Positions 1-12,400 of a stretch of 64,000 nt of DNA are shown here, in pieces (position 1 is the first letter of the stretch; each line of letters opens with the position of its first letter). The stretch comes from Aplysia californica. Taxonomy: Eukaryota. The translations under genes and the position numbers were made by a program. The DNA lies in the NCBI RefSeq assembly GCF_000002075.1, contig NW_004797332.1, positions 435,378 to 499,377 on the forward strand, in the 5' to 3' direction. The notes under the pieces are model-generated. The model was given only the letters and a program-made list of their open reading frames with translations. It made no database searches and was not told the DNA's origin.

Positions 1-66
<66 letters not shown>

Positions 67-104
67 AATAAACGCACACACACGCTTACACACACACAAA
101 CACA
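1..104. repeat. (CA)n microsatellite
   Basis: Read directly. Confidence 0.95.
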
Positions 105-336
105 AAGATTGTAGGAGTTAACTTGTAGGCTACATTTCGCAGGTTCATAATCTCGAATCAGTCAACTGGCTTAACTGGCAGCGGGGGAAAATGCCTTGAT
201 ATTTTGTTTTATGATCTATTGGTCTCATTTTGTACATGGGGGCGGCGATTTCAGCAAAAGTTGTCCAGAATTCTTATTTTCGTTGTTTCCTGTGTCAAGT
301 TAAAACTTGAGAATTTAAAAAAATAAAACCGGATCT

Positions 337-350
337 GTCGTCATGGTAAC
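337..350. promoter_or_regulatory. RFX X-box motif upstream of the CFAP58-like gene
   Basis: GTCGTCATGGTAAC fits the 14-bp X-box pattern (GTYNYY AT RGNAAC). It lies about 170 bp upstream of the ATG at 518 of a ciliary-family gene. Confidence 0.65.
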
Positions 351-517
351 AAAATAAGTGAGCCATTTTGCCATTTTCATCGGCGCGAAGTACGGACATC
401 ATTCATCAAGCGTCCGTACACTTCTAAATTCTAAGTTTCCATCTCTATTCTATACAAGTAGATTTAGATCTAGACCGAGATCTAAAACTAGGTTCTAGAT
501 TCTAGTTGTCTCTTAAA

Positions 518-3018
518 ATGTCAGACAAGAGAACATCTGAGTCAGGAACAACAAATAATGCTGACCTTGGACGCCTTGGTGCTGTCGCCGACGGTGCAAC
601 ACACGAGGAACAATTGGCATCGGCTGCAGTTTCACTATCAGTAAGTCAACACTTTCAGTGGTACACTGTAGGCTAGTTTACAAGACACTAGATCTAGAAT
701 TAAATCTGTGAATTGAACCTACTGAACTTATCATATACGCAGTGGCTACGTTCACGGCGCCGTAGTCTGCAGGCTAGGTTCACGGCGCCGTGAATGTAAT
801 TGGCAGGCTACGTTCACGGCGCCCTGAATGCAGTTTGCAGGCTCTGTTCAGGGCATGATGAGGGGGAAATTTTGAAATTCGTTAAGAACAAGAAACTAAG
901 CTTACAAATGTGGTAGCATTATTGGTTAGCATCAATATAAAAAGAGTGGATAATTAAGTCATGAAGTAAAATTTTGACAATTCTTTTGTGTTGCTAAGAA
1001 GGTAACGCCTGCCATGTTGGAATATCATAATCATATATAGAAAATGCACACATTTCTAAAAAATCTATCATAAGGTTATAAATGGTTTTAAATGTTGCAA
1101 TAAGTGGTTTTGCAGCCTTCCGTGGCTGTTTTAGAGGATGGACTTGGCATTTTTGATGTAGATCTAGGAGGAAAAACTTTTCCAGAATCGAGGTCCTAAA
1201 TATGGGAATATTTTGACCACAAAAAATCTGAGATCCAAACAACGGATTAAATTTATAATAAAATCAATTATTCAAGATTTTTTTTTGACGTCACTACTTA
1301 TCACACTAGAATAATGTTTCATCTATCAGTACATCGAAAATTATGAGGATATATTAACAGCTTTTCGCATGATAGATTTTTGTGCCCCCCCCCCCCACTC
1401 CCCTGTGAAAGAGCCCAATTTGAGAGAAAACTCCTAAAAGTTAGGAGGTGCAAAACTTACTGTAAATAGTAAATGTAGTCCGTTATACAGTGGTGTCCAA
1501 AAGAAACTTGAAAATGTAATCACCCAGTCATCGTGTTAAAACCTTTCATTACCCACTCATGCAGCATTCCAATTTAAAGCTAAATAAATTCTTCATCGTC
1601 TGACACATTAATATTTAATCTATTTTAAGAGACGCCCGAGATATTGTCACTCAAAATTGACCTTAAAAAAAATAAGGCTTGGCAAAATTGTGCGAAATCA
1701 AAGAAACGTAAAATTGTCTTTTCACATTTATTGAAGAGTATCAATATTGATCAAATGGCGATATATTGAATGCCCAATGAATGGAGAATTGTGTCTTTGC
1801 AATAAACTATATTTTATTACGATATTTTGTCACGATAGTTTCAAACATAACGGAAAACAGAGCAATCACAGATACCACACAAAACTTCGACTCAACCCTA
1901 ATTGTGTTCATTGTTATTTTGCGTAGGAACCATTGGTTTTGTGTTGTGCACGAAACCTTTGGGCATCAGTTCTATTTAGTTTTGGACATATTTATCAGTC
2001 ATTTCATTTCAAATGTCACAGAGAGTTGCAAACAAAGGGTCTGAATTGGGGGCACATGGCAGTTTCGTGGCCTCTATTCCTCACTGACAGATGTTCAAAA
2101 TCTTACAGGGTCTGTGTGAAAAAGAGGTTTCGAGCTCGGTAAGAAACCAACAGCTCCAGAACAAAAACAAAATTAAAACTAATGAGCACAAGTAACTGTT
2201 ACGTCCAGGTTTTGTGAGGCATTTGTAACTGCTCTGTTTTTCAATCTTCATTAGTTTTCTGTTCAGCTCTTCGTTGTTGGTGTTTTGGAAGCTCTGAAGG
2301 GCATTGAATATGCTTTTGTTAATTCGATGTGTGTAGTCATCTTTTACAATTTCAAAGTCATAAATGCCATAAAAAATTGAGCATCTGATGAGATTTGGCA
2401 TCTCCGTCACACAGCATCCTGCTCTACTAAACCTCAGTGTTGCGCTGATTTTGTGAATATTGTTTCAGCCTCCATAGCTTTTGCACTTCCTTGTAAATTT
2501 TGCTGAAACTTTATTTGATGGTGGGTTCTCAAAGGCAGAATAAAAAACGCATACCCGTCATTGTCACCTACTTCTTTATCTTTCTTCATTGGTGAAATTT
2601 TCTTTTTGGCAATGGGGTGAGGAGCAAGTTCATCCTCATCTAAAGGTTCCTCTTCCCTATTATCACTCTCACGATATGTTTCATCACTATGCCTACACCA
2701 CTAGTGCCTATCAATGTTCGAACTGTCATGTGATGTGCTGAAGAATGTGGATGCCATTGCAATAGGCTGGGGTAATCTTGAGAAATTGAGGCTAGGGCAT
2801 CAAAGTATTTTGAAAAGGTGTTCAAAAAGCATTTTCTGAGCTCGATAACTGTTGAAACTGGGGTAGGGCCGAAACAGCATTCTCATCTCGTTGATTAGAC
2901 GCTAGCATCAGCATCAGAAAATGTCATTGAAAGAGACGATTATGAGGCTGAAACAAAAGAATGAATTGAGTGTAGGAACTGATCTAAAATCTCTGTGTCT
3001 GTCTGTCTGTCTGTCTGC

Positions 3019-3073
<55 letters not shown>

Positions 3074-3375
3074 AAATATAAACACAAGCGCAGTTTTGGT
3101 GCAGAACAAAATAAGACAGTAAAGTTGAATAATGGGAAAATTGACCAATAATGAGTTTCTCAGATAACGAGACCTGGCAATAATATTGAGAGCTTTAGTT
3201 TTCCGTTCTTGTCTCGTAGTTGCAAGAAATTTTTAAAAAAGATAACCGTGCTATCAACTTTCCTTATCTCTTTACTGTATAAAAATGCATACTTGATATG
3301 AAATACGCTTGCAAATAGTTTGAATGAAAGAATGAATATCTCGTTCTGGGCCAAAGACATAATACGCACACACAC

Positions 3376-3445
<70 letters not shown>

Positions 3446-6400
3446 GAGCAAATTTTTAGGTCTATATCAATTTCAATTTTCAAGAGCTAGTCTAGAGATA
3501 TTTAAATGAGTGTAAAAACATGAAAATAAAGGTTTCACAACCGAATGAAATCAAAATTAGAACAGCCCATAGACAACCACAAAAATTAACAAATAAGGGC
3601 GTGAGTCCACCTGTCCAAAGAAGATTGGCTGTTTTAACCCTAAATGTGCGTAATTTTAAAACAAAGTACAGGATATTACATGTAAATTACGGAATCACAC
3701 ACATTAAGGGGCCTGCCAGTGTCAGTAAATGTAATCGTTTTTGGTGGAACGTACGCTCTAATATAACACAATTAAATCTGTATATACACATGTATATATA
3801 TTTAGAATCTAATGAAGGTAGGAACATCAAATTAAATGACGTTACACTATACAAAATCCCCCCCCCCCCCCCACTTTTTTCCCCACCCAAAAAATTTGAT
3901 AGAAAAACAACACATCAGAACAATAACAAGAAAGAAAAAAATACATACTAACAAAATAAAACACCACAAAGAGGGAAAAATAAAAGTTGCTGCATGTAAC
4001 GTATTCAACAAATCAACATGTTGACAACAAGTGAGAAAGAGACGAAGTGAAGCTAGGTGAACTTTCTTTCAAAAGTAAAGAGGTTTGGTTTCTTTCCTTT
4101 TCTTTTTTTTTTATTTGACTTTTATTACCCGATTCGGGGACCAAAAAATGCCCAAAAAATCGAGCCACGATTGATTGGTTGCGGCCGCGACAAACGCAGA
4201 TGCTAGTTCAATGTGTCGTTATCAATAACCCTCCGTAGATCTAGATCTAGATCTAGACAGCACACGAGTGAACACAACACATTAAGTTTAAGAGCAGCAC
4301 CCTTCATAGGCAACACGTCATATCTCTAGCGAAAAACTGTTTGGAACTGTAGCATTTCTTTATATATAAATATTTACTACAGACATTTTTTGAACCGATT
4401 GAACCATATTGTATACAAACAATCTTTGGTAGGCCTACGCCTTTACTATAATTATAGATCTATATAATATCTGAAATTTGCGGGAAAGGATGTGATTTCA
4501 GAGTGTTCAGAGAAATAGTGCCCAGCTTTATTTTCCCGAACGTTCAGAGAAATAGTGCCTAGCTTTATTTTCCCGAACGTTCTGAGAAATAGTGCCGGCC
4601 TAAGTTTAAAAGGATCAGTTTGTTTTTAAAAAAAAGAAATTATACCATACAAGACAGAGTGCTGTGCACAATATAATTTTAGTACTTTATAATTAGGCCT
4701 AAACAGCATGCTTAACCACTGAAAAAAACCAAAACAACAACTACCAGCTAGATGTAGTGACTAGATCTATACTTTTATAAATCTACTCTCTGCTCATGAT
4801 TTGTGTCATCTAAAGCTGGCCAGGTTCAAATGTAGGCTTACTACTAATAATAATAAATGACATTTACATAGCGCTCTTCCCCGATTTAAGTACACAGGCT
4901 CTGAGCGCTTTACAATAGTAGGCCTACAACGTACAACAGTCATAAAACGTTGCGTTTTGACTAAAGAAAAGTACTCCAAATATTCATCTTATTAATTTAA
5001 AAACAGAAATGACTTCAGCTGACATTTGAATGAATCAAAAGATTTGATCTCTCTTTAATTGGTACTTGGTGAAGCATTCCAGATCTTGGGGCCTTGGTAT
5101 TCAAATGCCCTCTTCACCCATTGTTTTAAGTTTCATAGATGGTAAAATAAATTTCTTTTTTTCAGCTGATGACCTTAAACTGCGAGTTGGAATGTACAGT
5201 CTTAACAGATTTGATAATTATATGATGGTGCATTATCATTCAAACATTTGTGACATATGAAGGCCAACTTGTACACAATCCTTTTCTCAACAGGAAGCCA
5301 ATGCAAAAAGAGGTTTAGCAGAGTCTTGCTTTCTTTTCCGTAAAACTAAATGTGCAGCTTTGTTTTGGACAGTTAATTGAAGTCTTTTAACTTTCTCCAG
5401 TGATATTCCTGATGACAAATCTCAGTTGAACAGGGTATTTATTTGGCAATGAAAAAACTTTGAATGAGGCATGAAGCTGCTGTTCATTGTGAACATCAGA
5501 TAATTCTATTTACATTTAATTTATAGGCCTACGTCTATGGGTGAATTTGACTGCAACGATGTTCCAAAATTAGGAACGGAAGCAGTGATTATTTAATTAT
5601 ATAGACACTTTGCCACCGAATGTACTGCAGATAAAACTGGCCTATCATACAAACTTTATGGCTCGACTACATTTAGTCCAGATGCTGAATCACAATGTGG
5701 ATTTTTTTTTAGATACCTTAGAAAACTTTTAATAGATCATGCATGAGCTAAATATTGTGGATAAATATGCTTTCCTAATTCTGCAGCCAACTCCTTAATT
5801 CAAACTTAAAAGCAAGTTAATTATGTACTGCTGACACAGGCATTAATTCTTTAGGTTCCATACCTGTACCTCTTCTCTACTATTGCAATATAAGATTGTC
5901 CATGATATTTGAAACTATTGAACTTCACTTTATAGTTAGACCATGTAACAATTGTTTTTAAAAATTTTGCATAACGTCAATAAGTCACCTGAATCATTAA
6001 AAAAACCTTTTGTATTAGTCTCTGATTTGTTAGAGAACAAAATGGCCAAAATAGAAATAGTTGAAAGAAACTCAAAACTATGAGATTTTATGTCTATAAT
6101 ATATGTTTGAAATTTGAATTACTAGGTTTTGTTTTATCTTTTACTAACCTCAGCTTGCATCATGTTCATTTACAATGTTCTCCAGGGACGTGGGACCCCC
6201 AAAAATGTTGAATTCAAAAGCAAAGATACATCAGATACTTCCATCCGTGAGCTCACTTTTGAGGATGCGGAATTGCCAAATGAACTCAAAACAATGGAGG
6301 ACATCCAGAACACATTCTCTGCAGTATGTTAAATGAATTATGTTTTAAAGTATTAAGAATCTTTTAGATATAAATAAAAATCTACTATGCTGTTATGCTT

Positions 6401-9400
6401 TATTTTCCCAGTTTCAGATGAATGGGATGTTAACTGATTCATCAGGGGAAGAATCTACAGTGAATCATAGTCGGGTCAACAGTCGATCTTACTTTTAAAT
6501 GGACTGCCTTGACCCCAGGAAGGGTTATTACTTAATGGCGAGCAAAGAGTGGTTAACTCTTTGTTGAGATAGTGGGCACATATGTCCGATCAGCAGCAGA
6601 CCGAAGGCAATTTAATAATGCTGCTTGTTTTGAATCATTAGACACAAATGAGAAACACGAATTTGCATATTTCATAGCATGTATATGTTGTTGCCTCTCT
6701 TTTTAACTTTCCGGTGAAGGAAGCAGAATTTTAATATCTAGATCAATTAAGGAAGTTATTCCTCTTTTTTTTAAGTACCCCAAAACAATGCGTCTTCAAA
6801 CGTACAAAATGCATGACTTCAGTGAATTAAATTTGATGGTCAATCACAATGTTATGAGACATCCAATTTTTTGGTGTCAAGATCTACAAAGATTCCATTG
6901 CTCCTCCCCTGAACCTTTCCAAAATGTATATTATTATAGTTTTCCATCTCTGACCAAGTGCCCCGTTAATTTTGAAACATACCATTGTATGAATTGAGAC
7001 CACACCAATTAAAACCCAGTCATTCCGGCAAATTTGGATAAAGAAATGAAAGATGGCTGCGATGGTCAGGGAAGCAAAAGCGCAGACGAGTTCAGTTTGA
7101 TGTGATCTTCTCTGATTTGGCCTTGTAGGCCCTATCCACCCAGCGTGTGATGTAAGTTCAGGTAGAGGGTTCAAATGCGAGGGCGATGTTGTTTTTTTCT
7201 TCTTGTTAAGTGTTTTCACGGCGCTGGCAACTGCATAAGGTCATATGAGCACTCAGGACACATTAAGCATTTTCAGTTTGGTATGAATTAGTTTTGAATA
7301 ATGCCTGGGTGGTGGCTGAAACCTACTTTTATCGATTTTAGGACCACCAAGGGATCTTTAATGTGTGTAACATGCATAGAGTACCTCCGAGATTTTTTAA
7401 CCTACATTTGAGAAGGTTAGGTGTTAGATCTTATTTACTGTAAGATCAGGGGTGTTACTGAAAGGCAGTAAGAAGGAGCCAAGGAGTAACAGCAGAAGGA
7501 CAGTAGAAAGCCAGGAGCCTAGAGGAGGGGGGCAAAGGGTGGAGGGGATGGGGCAGAAAGTGAATACAAAAGCGGACGACAGAACGTGGTCAGAGAGCAG
7601 GATAGGAGGTGAAATTAGAAAATTTTGTAGTTAAAGAAGAACATTTTCTGTCACTATCAGGTTACGAACTCAGGACCTATTGAAAGAGAGGCGAACACTA
7701 TACCTCTAGACCATGAGAGCCCCCAGGACGATGCTTTGTGAAAATAAAGGCCTTGACGGGTTCACACCTCAGTGTGATCTCATATGGGGCAAACATTGTA
7801 CCCTGTCATCGAGATTTACAACAGACATGTGATCCCATTCATGAGAGTGGATGATCTGTGATGCAATGGGCTGTACAATGATCACAAATTTTCTTATGAT
7901 CCACAAATTTTCACTGCTTGGTTGATAAGTTATGCTCCACTGGGTTTTTATTCAAAAATTATATCTGAAAGTAGTCCTTCAGAGTGGGATCTCAGGGATG
8001 AATTTTGTGTTGATAAAAATTCTGTTAGATCATAAAACTGCTGGATCTTAAGTGAACAGCGATTATAAACGATGGGATCTTAGGTGGAGGTTATTTTATG
8101 ACGTGTTTATAATTTTGTTAAGATTGTGATAGAAAAGTAGCCGTAGCAGGGTTAGTGCCAAGGGTGGGGTGCTGATGATAAAATGATATAAGTGATTACA
8201 TTGAAGATATGTATGGAGAGGATTTTAAGGATGCTAATGTATTTGGATGTTCCACTACGTATTATTGTTTGTGCTTTCTTTCACCTTCCCTTCATCATTA
8301 CCATCTTCATCAGCATCTTATTTGTTTGTTGTGGAGCATAAAAAAGTGGAAATTCTACAAGTCTCAACCCTTTTTTATTCCTTGTTATTTACAATGATGA
8401 TAATGGTGATGATGATCTTGTCTTCTCTTTATCATGCTAAGGTTAATGAGAAAAAAAAGCGTTCTCTGATATACCACCTGAATATTTTATATCTTTTTTT
8501 TTGCATGATTGATTTCAGGTCATTGAAGAGTTCCGAGGTGACAAATCAGCAGAAAGATTTTTGGAAGAATATGAGAAGTTATACGAGGCTTTGAAAAGCA
8601 GTCATAAGGAACTTAAAACGTGGCAGCTGAGATGTTCAAGTTTAGCAAGCGAAATCAAGAACAACACAGAGAAAGTCAATTTGGCTATCCATCTGTCTCA
8701 GGAGGACCGTGGAATGATTGCCACCTTGAACAGAGTAAGAGTTTGTGCCATATTTTGTTCTTAGTTGAATGCAATGGGTGATTTGTGGGGGCCGTGGTGT
8801 GGCTTGTTCCTTCTCTCCTATTAAATATCTATTGTTCTTATCTCTTCTCCTTCTTTTCTTTGTATGTTACTTTCTATTAACACCTCTAATCTTCATCACT
8901 TATTTGACCTATCTGTGTTGCAAATGCCATGAAACTCATACTAATGCCAAAACACAACTTTGTTTTATTTTAAGGGAAGAGCCTTTAGTCCAGTGTCTAG
9001 AGTTAAGAAAAAGAAAAGAAATATTAATATGTTTTGCCTCCATTTGATTTTGAGGAAAAAAGAAACACATTAGCTCAATAACGACCTTTTTTGTGTTTGG
9101 AAAAGCAAAAATGGCTACAGGGAGATGGCAAATAAATGGGACCTACCAGTGATACCGTCCAAATATCTGGCAGCCATCAGAGGGGGTTGGGGGCTTTCAT
9201 GGTTAAAGGGTAGGATGTTCGTCTCTCATTCAATAGGTCTCAGATTCGAAACCTGACAGCGACAGAAAATTTTCTTCTCCAAAATTTGTTCCATTCATCT
9301 CTTTACCCGCTTTCTAATCATGTTCTGTCGTCTGCTTTTGTCTCAACTTTCTTCCCCGTTCCCCCCACTCCCTTTGCCCCTTCCTCTTGGCTCCCGACTC

Positions 9401-12400
9401 TTTCTGTAGCCTGTCCACTGCTACTCCTTGGTTCCTTCTTACAGCTGTCTTTCAACAACACACCTGATCTTAGGATAGGTAAGATCTAACACCTAGCCTT
9501 CTCAGATAAAGGTGAAAAATCTTGGAAGTCCCATATGCAAGTTGCGCACATTAAAGATCCCTTGGTGGTCCAATACCAATAAGAGAGTAGGCTTGGGCCT
9601 CCACCCGAGCAAAATTAAAAATTATTTCCTACCAAACGGAAATTGAGTAATGAGTCCCGCATGCTCGTATGACCTTATGCAATTGTGAATGCAGTAAAAC
9701 TCTTACCAAAACTAAAACATGAAAGGGGTTGCACTTTTTTCTGGTGAGCAGTTGGTTGACAGGCCCCCCCCCCCCTTCCTCCCCACTCCCCCCCCCAACC
9801 CCCAAGAAACAAAAAAAAACAACCCAACTAATAATAAAAGCTCCAGGAGCTATTCATGATAGAATACACCATAGTGCAAAAAGTTTGTTGTCACTCTCAT
9901 GTGATCTGTTTCATTTACCTCCTAATAGTGTTTTTTTTCCCTTAGTTTTTCTTCCTGGTAAAAGGGGATTGTTCTGACCTTGACTGACTGTCTACATCAT
10001 CTTGACTAGAGTGAATATTGTGGAGCTGAAGTAAGGTGGTTCTTGGGCAACATCATGATTGCCTTTCTCACCCTGCATCAGGGTATAGGCCACAAACACT
10101 TTTCACTTTTCTGTATCCTGAGCAAGCCTACTTGATGTTATTCCATGTCTTCCCACTTTTCTGTACATCAATTATTGTGATTCTTCTCCAGGTTCCACGT
10201 GGTCTTCTCCTTGATCTTTTATCCTGTGGATTTCAATCCAACAGTTTCTTTGTTATGCAGCTGCCTGACTTCCTGAGAGTATGTCCAATCCATCGCCACC
10301 TCCTTCTTCCTACTTCATCTCTGACTGGGGTCTGTCTTGTTTTCCTTAACACATTTCCTCGTTGGTGAGCCTGATCCCTGGTAACTTTCTAAGACACTTT
10401 CGGCAACATATCAAATAAAAAGAATCTTTTTCCTTTGACTCACAGCTCTTTTATATAAATGAAATATATATTTGTTTCAAAATGAATGAAATATGGCTGT
10501 CTCAAAATCTTTAAAAGTTCTTGAGATGTTAGCATTTTTTAAAGTATCAACGCAATTTTTAAATAAATTATTGGGCACCAGTAAAAGTAATTTTCTATCT
10601 AATAAGATTACAGAAACATTTTAAAAATTATTTTTCTCAGCAAGTTCAAGATGCTTGGGGAATGGTTGATATTCTTCATGACAGAGAAATGAAAGCAAAA
10701 GATGCTGTTTCCTCTATGAAAGAAGAAATCAATACTCTGACACAACTAGTAGAGGAAGGAATGGGCTTGGAAGAACTGCAGAGGTTATCAGAAAAAGCTG
10801 CTGCGGAGAGGAAAGCGTATGTATTTGTGTCTTTTCAAGGTCTACTGTTTTTATATCACATGTTCATTGTTTCAGAATTGTTTATTAAATGTGTCACAAC
10901 GCTGTGGAATCTGGTGCTCGTAAATTTTTGGGCATATGGAGTTATTGGTAACATCTTAAACCATGTTCATTTGTCTTGCCTTCGGTGAAAAAATTCCCAT
11001 TTATCATGAATAGAAGTCGAGATATTTGCAATTGAAGGAGGTGGAGGTCACCTTTTTTCAGAGGTTAACTTAACGAGAAAATGGCAGCCAAAGTTTGGTT
11101 ATTTCCATAGCTTGACAGCCAGTACTGAAAACTTACTTTTTTTTGTTGCCTTTAATCAATGTTTTTCAGTAAAATCTACATGGAAATGCGTTCTTTTATA
11201 GACATAAAATATGTTGAGCCTCCCCCCTCAATTAGATAAAAATAGCCAAACTGGTGGGAAAATGCCAATTTCTTCAATTTCATTATTTTGAGGAGCGCCT
11301 GATTTCACCACACTGCCTCACATATGAAATGTTTTTCAGCATGGAGGAAATAATTGCTGACCTTAAAGAGGATAAAGATGGACAAGAAATGCGGAACAAT
11401 GAAGTCTTATCACGAATGAAAGAGAAAGATCAAAAACAAGAAAATGAAATCAATGATTTGAAAACCCAAAAATCCAGGCTCAAACTTCAGTCTGAAGAAG
11501 TGAGTTATTTTCAAAACATTGATTAATTTCAGGAGGCAGAAGAGATGTTAATATTTGAGATTTACTTTTTTAAAATGAATGTAATGTAGGCTAGCATGGC
11601 CTTTGTTCTGAAAATTGGTCGAATCGTCTGCTGCCAATTGCAAAATTTCTTCAACTCTTTCTCAATTCATAAACTGAGATATGATCTTTTACGCATTTTG
11701 GGTATATCACTCACACCTGTTATATAGTTGGTAGTTCCCCTTTAGAATGTTCTTAGCTAGTCCATTTTGATATTATTGTACTGAGTATTACTTTAGGTGA
11801 ATGCGAGTCATTGATTCAAAGTGTTTAATCATACATGGACAAGGTTTATGAATCATGGGTCATAAGTCTGAGACATGCTTGATTTTAGTTTCTTCTCTTT
11901 TTCAAGAATGTTAATTGATATTTTACCTAATGTCTTCTGATTTCATTATACTACATAACAACTGTTATTACGTTGCTCATGAACTTTACACATTGGATAT
12001 CATCGGACCAAAATGCTACTGTTGTCAGTGAATATCCCACTAGTCTAGATGTTTTTATCTGATTGTGACAAAATAAAATGTTTCAGGCATCTCCTAAAAA
12101 ACATTATGTTGAGCATATTGTTGGCTAGTTGTTCAACTGTTCAAAATGTGAAATTTTTCAGGAGAGAAAAAAAGAAAACCTTGTTTCAGTTATTTTGCAA
12201 TTATGTATCTTTACTTGCCTTTTCCAAAATTTTGAATTTGAATTTTGGTTAAATATTTCATAAATACATTGTACCATTACATGCAACTAATACCATTGAT
12301 TAAAGATAAATTGCAATAAAATTTATTTCAAATATCTGGTATTACAAAATGACAGTACTGTTTCTTGACAGCGGTATATTACCTGTGTATTCTCAGGACA

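Noticed and set aside
1488-2900. Possible Tc1-like element starting TA|CAGTGGTGTCCAAAAG, with ORF 2081-2410
   Set aside because: No matching right TIR found and no recognisable transposase motif.
744-4596. Short spaced repeats resembling a CRISPR array
   Set aside because: Eukaryotic context, only 2-4 units, no unique spacers, no cas genes.
5537-5584. Alternative first coding exon MGEFDCNDVPKLGTEA|gtgatt
   Set aside because: In phase with 6186, but the donor is weak and it is out of frame with exon 518-640. Cannot be excluded as an alternative start.
9188-9265. tRNA-like sequences here and at about 7650-7725 and 56815-56886
   Set aside because: Degenerate cloverleaf continuing into repeat bodies; these are SINE heads, not tRNA genes.
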